64,000 nucleotides of DNA from a virus: IMG/VR virus record IMGVR_UViG_3300025784_000008; one strand, 5' to 3'. The position numbers were made by a program, and so were the translations under genes. This document shows positions 53,458-63,305 of this stretch, one piece after another. Every line of letters begins with the position of its first letter. Position 1 is the first letter of the stretch. The notes below the pieces were generated by a model. The model made no database searches and was not told where the DNA came from. It saw only the letters and a list, made by a program, of their open reading frames with translations.

Positions 53458-55164
53458 ATGGCGGATTGGTTTGTTGACCTTAGTGCTGCCAACAACGGCG
53501 ATGGAACTGACGGAGCACAGGCTGCTGCTCCTGGTGGTGTTGGCGCATGGAACGTGCTAACTGCGACTGAGTTGCTCAGCGTGAGCGCAGGCGACAAGAT
53601 CTGGATTCGGCGTACTGACGGCTCAGGTGGATCCAAGAAGACGCTCTCGTTCAAGGACGGTACGCTCAATAGTCGCATCGAGTTCAACGGTTGGCCCGTA
53701 GACGCTGACGACGAGCACTACGCCGCCGCTCAGGCGACTACAAACACCGTCGCTGCGACATGGGACAGTGACCCCAGCGCGTTCGTGGTAATCAACCCGT
53801 TTGGCGCGGCGGCAACGGTCAAGCACCGTGTCTATCGCAGGCTGTACTGGGACGAGACAGCCGCCGCGGCGAATGAGCCCTTTGCCACGACAACGTACGG
53901 TTCTCTGGAGGTACGGTGGAACAAGTGCCAGGCCCGCCGCGCCACGTCCGACGCCCCGAAATGCAACCTTTGGCCTGATACCGGAAGACTGGAACTTGAT
54001 GACGTCCATGTGATCGGCCAGCGCCCAGCTACGGGCTTCGGCAGCAATTGCGCCCTGTACACAGGTGGACTGACTGGGTCTGCGGTCATTCGTGCCCGGT
54101 TTACGTTTACGGCGGCAGGATCTGAGAGCATGTACATCGGTGGCGAGGCCTACGACTCTTACGTTGAAGTTCTGGAGTGGAACGACGCTGGCACCAGATT
54201 CGTGAGACCCGGATATACCTCGGCCAACACCACATTAGGTGGTTTCGGTTCGGCACGCGCCGTCTTCACAACAGATGATGATGTTGTCGGGATGCTTCCG
54301 GCTGGCGGCGTCATGTATATCAACGGCAGCGCGAACTCGCGCAGTATTGTTGTGCGCAATCTGGACTTTGAGCACGCAAATTCACCGGCACCGGATTCAA
54401 CAACATACAACCTTGGGACAACGGCCGTCCGCTCGCTTATCCTGGAAAATATACGATTTCCGGCGGGCGCCTCGACGCACATAGACGCGGACGCAGAATC
54501 TGGAAACAACAACCTTATCGGAAAAAACATCTGGATTGATACGACTAAAATCTTGAAAGCGGTTGATCCGAATAGCTACTGCGGAAAAGGCCAGCAGATA
54601 CACCTGACACAGTTGAACGGCACCAACGCATGGTTCAGGTACGTCAACGGCGTTACCGCTCAATCCTCGAATATCAGCCGTGTCGGTGGTCACGCAAACG
54701 GCATCCTGGTAGAGACAATAAAGGCCGGTTCGTACTGGGATGATAAAGGGTTCAGTGCCGGTGGTCTATTCTACTCGGAACGCGAAGGTTATGAGGCACT
54801 GGTGTTCCCGCGTTTCGGGCTTGCGTTCCCCGTAAACCAGACAATCACGCTGTATTTCGCCACGGCTTTCTGGGACGGACGCGAGAGCAAGCTCAACATC
54901 TGGGTTGAGGCCGACGTCTACCGCGACGCCAGCGGTTACCACCGCAAGATTTACGATTCCCGTAAGCTGCCTGGTGATGGCTTGATCGCTGACGGGTCAA
55001 CATGGAACAACATCATGGGCTACAACGCGTGGCGCATTGAGTTGCCCATCACGATCAAGCAGGATGACATCGTGCGGGTCCGGTTCTACGTCGCTGATAC
55101 TTTCCGTGACGGCGGCGGTAACCAGAACGTCACAATCTTCGATCCGGCGATTACGCTTGCGTAA
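53458..55164 (+). CDS. right-handed beta-helix (pectin-lyase-fold-like) tail-spike or tail-fibre protein
   Basis: 568 aa. Repetitive Gly/Asn/Thr-rich beta-helix-like rungs. N-terminal SAGDKIW motif shared with the next gene. Confidence 0.5.
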   Translation: MADWFVDLSAANNGDGTDGAQAAAPGGVGAWNVLTATELLSVSAGDKIWIRRTDGSGGSKKTLSFKDGTLNSRIEFNGWPVDADDEHYAAAQATTNTVAATWDSDPSAFVVINPFGAAATVKHRVYRRLYWDETAAAANEPFATTTYGSLEVRWNKCQARRATSDAPKCNLWPDTGRLELDDVHVIGQRPATGFGSNCALYTGGLTGSAVIRARFTFTAAGSESMYIGGEAYDSYVEVLEWNDAGTRFVRPGYTSANTTLGGFGSARAVFTTDDDVVGMLPAGGVMYINGSANSRSIVVRNLDFEHANSPAPDSTTYNLGTTAVRSLILENIRFPAGASTHIDADAESGNNNLIGKNIWIDTTKILKAVDPNSYCGKGQQIHLTQLNGTNAWFRYVNGVTAQSSNISRVGGHANGILVETIKAGSYWDDKGFSAGGLFYSEREGYEALVFPRFGLAFPVNQTITLYFATAFWDGRESKLNIWVEADVYRDASGYHRKIYDSRKLPGDGLIADGSTWNNIMGYNAWRIELPITIKQDDIVRVRFYVADTFRDGGGNQNVTIFDPAITLA

Positions 55165-55172
55165 GGCAGTCC

Positions 55173-56684
55173 ATGGCCATACGTGCGATCAATGACGGTA
55201 GTACGGCCACCACAAACATTGTGGTGAACGGCGTGAATATCGGCGATGCAGACGCCGGGTATCCTACGTTTGCAGACGCACTGGCTGCCGCCTCAGCAGG
55301 TGACAAGCTGGTATGGACTGGTCCGCAAATCCTAATTGGCACGTTTACGATTTCGGTTGATCAGTTGGAGATCACGGTTGCGGATAACGTTAGGTACACG
55401 ACACACGATTTCTCAACCGGCGTCCGCATCAGCAGCACAACTGGCACGGTGTTCACGTTCAATCAGGCCGGGGCACAGGGAACGTACATCAGAAATCTGG
55501 TGCTTGAGGCTACCGTAGCCGGTGGTGATACCGTACTGAACACCGGCACGAACACAGTAGTCCTCGAAGCTTGCCTGTTGAAGAATAGGGATGGTGGCGC
55601 CGCCGTACGTAGCTCGGACGGCCCTGTTGCTGTCAATCACTGTTTCATAGAGATCGGTGATGGTTCACGTGGTGTAGTGAAGCCTGATACGGCCGATAGT
55701 TCGGCCAGGGCACGCAATACAGTGGTCCTGGCGGCACATGATGACGCCTTGGCAGCCTTTGAGGGAGGAGCCACGCTAGGACGTGAAGTTTACGTCGGTA
55801 ACTGTTACGCCGGAGACGCCAGTGGTGTCACCACAGCAGCAGCGCGATACACGAACTGCGCCGAAAGTGTCAATGTAGTTGAAGACGGGTACAACGCGTC
55901 CAGTGCGAACGACGCTCCCGGAACAGTAACGTACCAGTCGTTGGATGCCAGCGATCTATTCGTCGATACGACAATCGGCAGCTACGATCTTGACTGGAAG
56001 AACCTGCTTGACTCCCGCGTGTACGTCGGCGGCGAGAGTAACTTCTCAGGCACGTACGTCGACCTGAACAACGATGTCCGCTCAACCGATGCCCCTTGGT
56101 TTATCGGGGCAGTCACCCCGTACCTGTACGGCGATGGCGCAGGTTTGACGCACTATGCCGAGGGCATTTTGCCCAGCGGTGAAGACTTTGAGGATCTATC
56201 CGACGACGCCGTTCGCAATTTCTTGTTGGAGTGGTTCCAACCGGACCCGCTGTGGACCGTTTCGATACCGTTCGGCGGGTGGTTGGTGCCAGGACAGGCC
56301 AATCCGCAGCCATGGGAGAGCAACTACGAAGGCTTTGTACCTTCAGTTGAAGGAACCGTTCCCGAGGTTCATGCCGACATTCAGCAGGTAACCGACGAGT
56401 ACATCGAGTTCTTCAAGCCCGATCCTGTCGGCACGGTTACAATACCGTTTGGCGGATGGTTGAACCCAGGTGTGCCGATCACGCCTTTTACTGTCGCATA
56501 CTGGGAAGGTGGGGAGATTGATCCAACGATCATCAACCCCATATTCGAGAATGCAGAAGAGGAACGGCACCTGGTTGAACTTTATCCGCCGGCCTTTGGC
56601 AGCCCCAGCAGTTATCCTATTGTCGGCAACGACATTGTAGGCTCGTTACTCGTTGGTACACGATCGTCGAAAATAGTCAGGTAA
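55173..56684 (+). CDS. right-handed beta-helix tail-spike or tail-fibre protein, paralog of the preceding gene
   Basis: N-terminal SAGDKLVW motif. Beta-helix-like repeats (NTVVLEACLLKNRDGG...NHCFIEIGDGS). C-terminal internal duplication EWFQPDPLWTVSIPFGGWLVPG / EFFKPDPVGTVTIPFGGWLNPG. Confidence 0.5.
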   Translation: MAIRAINDGSTATTNIVVNGVNIGDADAGYPTFADALAAASAGDKLVWTGPQILIGTFTISVDQLEITVADNVRYTTHDFSTGVRISSTTGTVFTFNQAGAQGTYIRNLVLEATVAGGDTVLNTGTNTVVLEACLLKNRDGGAAVRSSDGPVAVNHCFIEIGDGSRGVVKPDTADSSARARNTVVLAAHDDALAAFEGGATLGREVYVGNCYAGDASGVTTAAARYTNCAESVNVVEDGYNASSANDAPGTVTYQSLDASDLFVDTTIGSYDLDWKNLLDSRVYVGGESNFSGTYVDLNNDVRSTDAPWFIGAVTPYLYGDGAGLTHYAEGILPSGEDFEDLSDDAVRNFLLEWFQPDPLWTVSIPFGGWLVPGQANPQPWESNYEGFVPSVEGTVPEVHADIQQVTDEYIEFFKPDPVGTVTIPFGGWLNPGVPITPFTVAYWEGGEIDPTIINPIFENAEEERHLVELYPPAFGSPSSYPIVGNDIVGSLLVGTRSSKIVR

Positions 56685-56694
56685 AGGAAGGTTT

Positions 56695-57027
56695 ATGGGA
56701 TTCGCCCGCTACCAGATTGACGATACCTGGCGCCAGGACTTCGTGGTTTCTGACCCCGCCACAGGTGCTGCATCCGACGCCGATAGCGATCCTGACGTCG
56801 AGATCTACGAGGACGGCGATAGCGCACCGACCACCACGATCTCAGCAACAAAACGTGACGTCGGCACGACCGGACAGTACACGGCTACGGTTGCTCTGAC
56901 CGCCGCCAACGGATTTGAGATCGGCAAGACCTACAACGTCTACGCTATCGCTACTGTTGGCGGAACCACAGGAAAGGCTATTATCTCGACTTTCAAGATC
57001 ACCACTGAAGTGGTCTATGTGAACTAA
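56695..57027 (+). CDS. small beta-rich protein
   Basis: 110-aa Thr/Ala/Gly-rich ORF. Confidence 0.45.
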   Translation: MGFARYQIDDTWRQDFVVSDPATGAASDADSDPDVEIYEDGDSAPTTTISATKRDVGTTGQYTATVALTAANGFEIGKTYNVYAIATVGGTTGKAIISTFKITTEVVYVN

Positions 57028-57040
57028 AGGTTGCCACTAG

Positions 57041-58327
57041 ATGAGTTTCAATCCGCTCACAGACATCCTGGCAGCCGGCGGAATCAATTTCAAAGGTGCT
57101 TGGAACGCTGACGCCAACACTCCCATCCTGACGAGCGGGATGGGTACAGCCGGCGATTACTACATCGTCGGGGAAGCCGGAACCACCGTCCTCGACGGTA
57201 TCGGTGTTTGGGACGTCAATGAATGGGCAGTATTCAATGGGACGGTCTGGCAGAAGGTTAGCAGCGAGGACCAGTCTCACCTCTCCTTCCCCGAGCCGAT
57301 TGTTTTTAGGCCAGGCGGACCATCTTTAGATGAACCAGGGGTATACGGAACCTGGCTCGCGGTTATGGCCTTCGTGGGGACATTGAACAGCCCGGTTGAA
57401 GTTGTTTTTGACTCATCGCTGGCGCCGTGTGTGGTACCTACAGGTGTTCACACCTTTCCTTCCGGGTCCAGGTTTCGCGGCCGGCACGAGGGTATCAATA
57501 CCACCGTCAGCTTCGATGACGGGGCCTCTTTGGTTGGGGTCAACACTTTCGAGCGCGGGCTGTCACTGGTCTCTAACAGCACATCCCCGATCCTCTCGGT
57601 CTCAGGGGCGGCATCAAATAGGTTCAGGTTCCAGCGGGATGTAACGATCACCTGCTTGAACACTGGGCCCTTCATAAGGGTTTCAGGAGCGGGCTCTTCA
57701 GCCAGGGTTGTATTGGCTGAAGCCGCTATGGTCTCTGGAGTAGCAACAATCCTGGACGTCGCCACTAACGCCGTCGCAACTCTTGATTGCTTGGTGTCGG
57801 CCACTATAGGGCAGAACACCCTGGGGGTAGATGGCTCGTCGGCCCTGACGTTGAACCTGGTTGCCAACACCATTTTGAATCCAACCCAGACAGGGATTTT
57901 AGGGCTGTACACAGTCCTTCTTTCTCAGCGGGCAACCCAGGTTCTTTTCGACCCCTCTGTGCTATCTGGGCAATTAGCCGCCGACAATACCCAGGACGCT
58001 ATCGACGAGCTGACTCTTAAGCACAACAACAAGCTGGCTCAGACAATTTCTTCACCTGGAACAGTAAACATCTCTGCGTTAAGCGCGAGGTTGATCCTTG
58101 TAGACATGACATCCGCCGGGTCAACACCGTTGGACATCAATTTGCCAGCAATATCCGCCGATTCCGGACCCTGGATGTTCAAGAGGCTGGACTCTAACAC
58201 GGCTTCTTCGGTGAAGATTTACGGGACAGGCGGCAACACCATCGACTTGCTGCCGTTCCAGGTTCTTAGTGGTTGGCCGGCCTCGATGCACTTGGTATCC
58301 GGTCCGAGTAACTGGTACCGAATCTAG
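57041..58327 (+). CDS. tail-fibre-like protein
   Basis: 428 aa. Gly/Ser/Thr/Val-rich composition. Confidence 0.5.
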   Translation: MSFNPLTDILAAGGINFKGAWNADANTPILTSGMGTAGDYYIVGEAGTTVLDGIGVWDVNEWAVFNGTVWQKVSSEDQSHLSFPEPIVFRPGGPSLDEPGVYGTWLAVMAFVGTLNSPVEVVFDSSLAPCVVPTGVHTFPSGSRFRGRHEGINTTVSFDDGASLVGVNTFERGLSLVSNSTSPILSVSGAASNRFRFQRDVTITCLNTGPFIRVSGAGSSARVVLAEAAMVSGVATILDVATNAVATLDCLVSATIGQNTLGVDGSSALTLNLVANTILNPTQTGILGLYTVLLSQRATQVLFDPSVLSGQLAADNTQDAIDELTLKHNNKLAQTISSPGTVNISALSARLILVDMTSAGSTPLDINLPAISADSGPWMFKRLDSNTASSVKIYGTGGNTIDLLPFQVLSGWPASMHLVSGPSNWYRI

Positions 58328-58363
58328 CCAGCAGTCCTGATACTGTACTAAGAGGCGGAATCT

Positions 58364-59530
58364 ATGAGCTATCTTTCATGGCAGGCCGTGAAGGCCTATA
58401 TCGATGCGTCAATCGGAGCAGGTTTTCCGCTCTACGGACCCGACGATGGGTCACCGGCGTACGCTTTTGACGGCGGCACGATCCCTAACTCGGTCAACGG
58501 AGGCATGCGCTGGGACACGGTGTCAAAACAGGGACCGGCCTTATTCGATTTGAACGGGGCCATGCAGATCAGGATTACCGCGGGTGGCGTGGCCATTCCG
58601 AATCATCTAGATATCCTCGGGGATGGGCCTCCAGCGGCTCCTCCCGCCGGTTATTCACGCGTCTACGGTGTGGATGAGCATGATCATGACCGTCTCGAAG
58701 TTATGGACCGGGACGGTACGCAGATCCGCCTCGCCCGTGACGTTCTGATCACGGCTAAAAACGTGGCCGGAGTCCAGGTCGACAAAGGCAAGATGGTCTA
58801 CATCAATGGTGCGGTTGGTGCTAGCGGCGTACCCACGGTAGCACTTGCCCAGGCCAATCTGGACGTGACAGCGAACAACGTCCACGTTGCCATGGAGGAC
58901 GTCGCGCACAACGCTTTCGGTTCGTTCATGAAGATCGGGGTTATCAGGGGTCTTGATACGGCGACCCCCGGTTGGTCCGACGGAACAACGTTGTTCCTGG
59001 ACTCCGCGGTGGCCGGAGGCCTGACATCTACAGAGCCGTTACCCCCCTACCCCGTGGTCTTTGTGGGAACGGTGATCAGCTCTCACGCTATCAACGGTTT
59101 GATCCAGTTCAATATCGGCACCCGCATCAACCCGTACAAGCCCGGCCTGTACCCAACACCGGCCGGGCGGGTTGCGCTGACAGCGGACGTCGACGATCTC
59201 GCCCTGATTTCCTACCCCTCGTCTGCGGTTCAGTTCTACATCGATCCTGATGCCGATGGATGGGTCATCAACAGCATTGTTAGCGACGCAAAGACCCGGC
59301 TGATCCGGCTCACGAATGTTGATACTGTCTTTGGGTTCGTGATCGCTGACGAAGGTACCGGTACGGCGGCGAACAGAGTCATTACCGGGCAGGGAGGACC
59401 TGTTACAGTGCCCCCTCTGGCGACGGCAATCCTGGTCTATGACGTGGCGGACTCGCGCTGGAGACTGGACACTGTTGCCTCTGGTGCCGCTGGCGGCTTT
59501 CCGGAAGCGGTCGGGTACATGGGATGGTAA
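58364..59530 (+). CDS. tail-fibre-like protein
   Basis: 388 aa. Composition similar to the preceding gene. Confidence 0.5.
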   Translation: MSYLSWQAVKAYIDASIGAGFPLYGPDDGSPAYAFDGGTIPNSVNGGMRWDTVSKQGPALFDLNGAMQIRITAGGVAIPNHLDILGDGPPAAPPAGYSRVYGVDEHDHDRLEVMDRDGTQIRLARDVLITAKNVAGVQVDKGKMVYINGAVGASGVPTVALAQANLDVTANNVHVAMEDVAHNAFGSFMKIGVIRGLDTATPGWSDGTTLFLDSAVAGGLTSTEPLPPYPVVFVGTVISSHAINGLIQFNIGTRINPYKPGLYPTPAGRVALTADVDDLALISYPSSAVQFYIDPDADGWVINSIVSDAKTRLIRLTNVDTVFGFVIADEGTGTAANRVITGQGGPVTVPPLATAILVYDVADSRWRLDTVASGAAGGFPEAVGYMGW

Positions 59531-59848
59531 ATGGCGACGTACACTGAGAAAAGACTGGCCAGCGGGCAGGCAGCCAACACCCTGACCACCATCTACACCG
59601 TCCCGGGAGCGACGACGGCATTGATGACCCAGTTGTGGGTCTACAACACGGGCGGAAGCACCCAGACAGTGACGTTTGCAGTAAATGATGGCGTGGACCG
59701 CACCCTGGCTACCATCGAGCTGTCGGCTGGGGACTACGCCATTGTTGAGCTGAAAGGCATGGCGTTGAACACAGGCGACCTGGTGAAGTTGCAGGCCACC
59801 AACGTGACCACGGTCAATTACCTTCTGAGCGGAGTGGAGAAGGCGTGA
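59531..59848 (+). CDS. small beta-rich protein
   Basis: 105 aa. ATG lies 1 nt after the upstream TAA. Confidence 0.45.
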   Translation: MATYTEKRLASGQAANTLTTIYTVPGATTALMTQLWVYNTGGSTQTVTFAVNDGVDRTLATIELSAGDYAIVELKGMALNTGDLVKLQATNVTTVNYLLSGVEKA

Positions 59849-60486
59849 TCAGCCTGAACAACATCTGGGGTTTCCTGAAGCAGTTCATCCCGCCTCTACT
59901 GCAAAGGCCGGATGGTGTGCACACCAGTACAGCGGATATCGGAGCCGTGGAGTACACCGCTGGCGGCTTGTCAAGTTACGCAGGGTCTGTGTTTTCGCCA
60001 ACAGTTCTGGCGATGTACTGGATACCGTTTATCGCTCCCAATACCCGGAAGACGCTGACGCAGCTCGCTTTTGAGGTCACGACGGCGGCTGCGGGTGGGA
60101 GTTTTGGTCGGATCTACCTGGCCGACAACACAGACGCAGACGCTTTTATGGGCCACGGCGCAAGGTTTTCTCCGTGCAGGCTGCTGGCAGACAGTGGGAA
60201 TCTTGACATCAGCACGACGGGTTTGAAGACCTACGCTACGAGTGTGCCGCTCAAGCCTGGGCGAATGTATTGGATCGGTGTCCACTGTGACGCCACGGTC
60301 ACTCTGCGCGGGCAACTCGCATACAATGTTCTGCCTGTTGGAGGTTCCGCAGGAGCCGGTAATCAGTTGCACTATCTTTCCAGGACCAATGTGGCCTTGG
60401 GGTCGTTCAGCGGGTTTGTTCCGATTATGACCAGGGCCACCGTCAGCGGAGCAGCCTCGATCGTGATGAGGTACACCCTGGCATGA
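59845..60486 (+). CDS. tail-associated paralog A (family of three)
   Basis: GTGA overlap with the upstream stop. Shares the motifs PFIAP, LLADSG..TTGLK.YA, LYW/MYW and a C-terminal G.F.G..P....RY with the next two genes. Confidence 0.55.
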   Translation: MISLNNIWGFLKQFIPPLLQRPDGVHTSTADIGAVEYTAGGLSSYAGSVFSPTVLAMYWIPFIAPNTRKTLTQLAFEVTTAAAGGSFGRIYLADNTDADAFMGHGARFSPCRLLADSGNLDISTTGLKTYATSVPLKPGRMYWIGVHCDATVTLRGQLAYNVLPVGGSAGAGNQLHYLSRTNVALGSFSGFVPIMTRATVSGAASIVMRYTLA

Positions 60487-61100
60487 ATCTGAAGATTTTC
60501 CGAGACGGTATCCAGAAACTAATCAGGACCGGACCCTGGTCTACTTATGCGCCGTGCATTGTAGGCAACGACTCGTCCACCGGCTTTGAAGTCGTTCATT
60601 TCATCAACGCAGCCAACGCGCAGACTGTGGTCTCCGGCCAGATCAACATCGACGAGTTGCATGTTGTTCCTTTTATCGCACCGGCCCGTGGTGGCCTGGT
60701 TTCCAGTATACAATGCAATTTCAACACTACTGGCGATCAGGTGAGGCTCGGGATCTACGCGAACGTCGACAACCAGCTGGATCTGTACCCGGGTAAGCTG
60801 CTCTTCGAGTCAGAGCCCATCACCATTGCTGTTGGTGAGCTGCCGGCGCGGTGTTCGCTTTCTCTGGATCCCGGACATCTCTACTGGGGCGCGATCGTTG
60901 TTAGCGCCACAAAAACTCCTTTTCAGTGTTTACAGACCTACCAGTGTTCTCATAACCTGGGCATTCCTTCGACGGAAACGGTTAACTTCGCAAGGTCGCT
61001 CGTTGTTGCCCATACCTTTGGGGCGCTGCCTGCGACTTTTCCTGGTGGAGCGGCCTGGAGTACGCTGTCCCCGGCGCTGAAGCTGAGGTACGCGGCATGA
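60483..61100 (+). CDS. tail-associated paralog B
   Basis: ATGA overlap. VVPFIAP, LYPGKLL, HLYW and FGALPATFPGGAAW...LKLRY motifs. Confidence 0.55.
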   Translation: MNLKIFRDGIQKLIRTGPWSTYAPCIVGNDSSTGFEVVHFINAANAQTVVSGQINIDELHVVPFIAPARGGLVSSIQCNFNTTGDQVRLGIYANVDNQLDLYPGKLLFESEPITIAVGELPARCSLSLDPGHLYWGAIVVSATKTPFQCLQTYQCSHNLGIPSTETVNFARSLVVAHTFGALPATFPGGAAWSTLSPALKLRYAA

Positions 61101-61726
61101 GGTTCAGTCTTGAAGGCCTGCTTCGCGCCATGTACCTGCGGCCGTCAAACCGGCCGCTGATTTCCGGTGTGTGCACGTCAGCACCGGCCATCGACTACAT
61201 CGCGAACTGCTCGAACACGAATGCGCTGACTGTGCAAGCGCTGGCCACTGGTAACCTCAGAGCGGTTCCTTTCTGGGCACCGAAACGTGCATCTTCGCTG
61301 GATCGTCTCGCCGCAGAGGTAACGACCGCGGTAGCAGGCCGGTTTTTCAGGCTGGGGCTCTACCGTAACGTCGCGGACCCCGCCAGCTTCTACCCTGGAG
61401 CGCTGCTCGCTGATTCCGGAGACATCGAGTCCGCCACCACCGGCATCAAGGCCTACGCGATCAGCCAGGCCTTGGAGCCGGACGTGTTGTACTGGCTCAC
61501 GATCAGCACCAGTAACACGGTCACGATCCGCGCCATGAGCTATATCTCGTGCTTCGCAACTATCGGTATCCCGGCGGGAACATCCGGTACAGCGGCTCCT
61601 TTTGGCCTCTGGATACAGGCTACGTTCACTCATGGAGCATTACCCGGTACTTTCCCCGCAGGTGGAACCTACGGAGGAGTAGGATCAACTGTTTGCCCCG
61701 CGTTACGCTACAGGTTCGGGACTTGA
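61097..61726 (+). CDS. tail-associated paralog C
   Basis: ATGA overlap. AVPFWAP, FYPGALLADSG, TTGIKAYA, LYW and HGALPGTFPAGG...LRYRF motifs. Confidence 0.55.
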   Translation: MRFSLEGLLRAMYLRPSNRPLISGVCTSAPAIDYIANCSNTNALTVQALATGNLRAVPFWAPKRASSLDRLAAEVTTAVAGRFFRLGLYRNVADPASFYPGALLADSGDIESATTGIKAYAISQALEPDVLYWLTISTSNTVTIRAMSYISCFATIGIPAGTSGTAAPFGLWIQATFTHGALPGTFPAGGTYGGVGSTVCPALRYRFGT

Positions 61727-61728
61727 TC

Positions 61729-61932
61729 ATGGACAAGGAAAAGGCCAAAAAGGTTCGTAACAAGCGTAAAGTCAGGGCCTTAAGTGACCCAACTTATGAG
61801 GACGCCGACCTGCACTTGGAAGAGGTGTGGATTGAGCACTGGTCCGGTGGCGAGTTCCTGGACACGGAACTTTATGTCAACGGGGTAAAGATCGCTGACC
61901 CGGAAACCTACCTGGACAGCCTGTATCGGTAG
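61729..61932 (+). CDS. small hypothetical protein
   Basis: 67-aa ORF starting 2 nt after the previous stop. Confidence 0.35.
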   Translation: MDKEKAKKVRNKRKVRALSDPTYEDADLHLEEVWIEHWSGGEFLDTELYVNGVKIADPETYLDSLYR

Positions 61933-62155
61933 CGGGAAGGAACACGGGTGGATTTTCTATACTTGAGATAATGGGAGATACTGCCTGTTTGCATTGCCGG
62001 TTACGAGGACCGCGGCCTGATCAGGTACAAGTACTGGATCAAGGTGGTCGGCAATGCTACCGGCGTCGATGAGTTCAGCCTGGGCACTAAAACCGGTTCC
62101 GGTGACACTTCCAACGGTATCAACGGCTGTGTAGGACAGAAGATTCCATAACTAA

Positions 62156-62187
62156 AAAGAAAGCCCCCGAAGGGGCCTTCTTTACTT
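62156..62187. terminator. bidirectional rho-independent terminator at the convergent junction
   Basis: AAAAAGAAAGCCCC-CGAA-GGGGCCTTCTTT stem. Confidence 0.6.
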
Positions 62188-63219
62188 GTCGAGGTCGTGT
62201 AATAGACCCGAACCAGCCGGCAGAATCCTCAGTTCTTTCAGGTTCTTGGCAGCCTCTACCTTGGCGTCTGCTTCAGCCTTCCTGGCATAAAGTTCGGCTT
62301 CCAGCATCAATGCCTCTTTCTGCTCCATCTTCAGCTTGGCTGCCTCGGCCTCAGCTTTCGCCTGGTCGATGAGCATCTGATTTCGAACGCTTTGGGTCTG
62401 AGCATCTTCCTGGGCCGCAAGCTTGGCCGCCTCAGCCTCTGCCTGGCGTTTGGCCAGCATGGTCTTGTTGCGCTCATCCTGTGCCAGTTTTTCCTGCTTG
62501 GCGGTTTGGATGTCAGCCTCAGCCTGGACTTGGCGGTTGATTGCGTCCTGGATCTTCATGTCGTCGAACGTTAGACCCTCCGCGGCACCGAAGTAATCAA
62601 CGGTGACACCGAGCTCCTTGAACTTGGTCTGGACGATCTTTTCGACCTCCTTGAAGATATCGGTCTTGGTAAACTTACACTCTTCAAGTTTGAACTTGCC
62701 GAACCGGTCGGCCATCTCTTTCTGGGCGAAGCCCCGAATGTTGGTGTCGATGATCTCCTCCAGTTGTTTACCGCCGAAGTGGTACAGGAATTTCGCGGCA
62801 TCAGTTTCTTCAACCCTGGCCATGATGGTGGCCCCGACACTGAACCCGATACTGTCGAGAGACTCAACATGAAGCTTTTCAGTTTTGTGGTCATTGGACT
62901 TGGCGTCGGTCCACTGTCGAGTGACAGGGGCTCGTTTGACGGTGATGACCCTTGCGGTCGGGATCCACTCGTAGCTCCACCAGGCTCGGCCGGTGTCTCG
63001 GCTTCGAAGGGGAAGGACCACTCTGGCGGCTGCGACTTTGTGTTCTTCCAGAAATTCAATGCTCTTGAATTTCCCTTGTTCATCGGTGTCTTCGATGTTG
63101 ATCAGGAACGCGGTTTCATCCGGTTGGACCTCGACGCTCTGTTCGAGTTTGGCCGGACCACACCCCATGAGAATCAGCATTACGGCCGACAATACGGTGG
63201 TCAACGTGAATCTGTTCAT
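62182..63219 (-). CDS. SPFH/band-7 (stomatin/prohibitin/HflK-C-like) lipoprotein with a C-terminal coiled coil
   Basis: ATG at 63219 after AAAGGAG. Signal peptide plus lipobox LILMGCG. Band-7-like core (IGFSVGATIMARVEE...VDYFGAAEGLTFDD) followed by an AEAEAAKL-type coiled coil. Confidence 0.6.
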   Translation of the reverse strand: MNRFTLTTVLSAVMLILMGCGPAKLEQSVEVQPDETAFLINIEDTDEQGKFKSIEFLEEHKVAAARVVLPLRSRDTGRAWWSYEWIPTARVITVKRAPVTRQWTDAKSNDHKTEKLHVESLDSIGFSVGATIMARVEETDAAKFLYHFGGKQLEEIIDTNIRGFAQKEMADRFGKFKLEECKFTKTDIFKEVEKIVQTKFKELGVTVDYFGAAEGLTFDDMKIQDAINRQVQAEADIQTAKQEKLAQDERNKTMLAKRQAEAEAAKLAAQEDAQTQSVRNQMLIDQAKAEAEAAKLKMEQKEALMLEAELYARKAEADAKVEAAKNLKELRILPAGSGLLHDLDK

Positions 63220-63305
63220 GGCACTCCTTTCGGGAAAAGAAACACCCGCCAACGATATGGAGTCGTTGGCGGGCGGTTGATTACAAATTTAGGGGGTCTT
63301 TGGAC

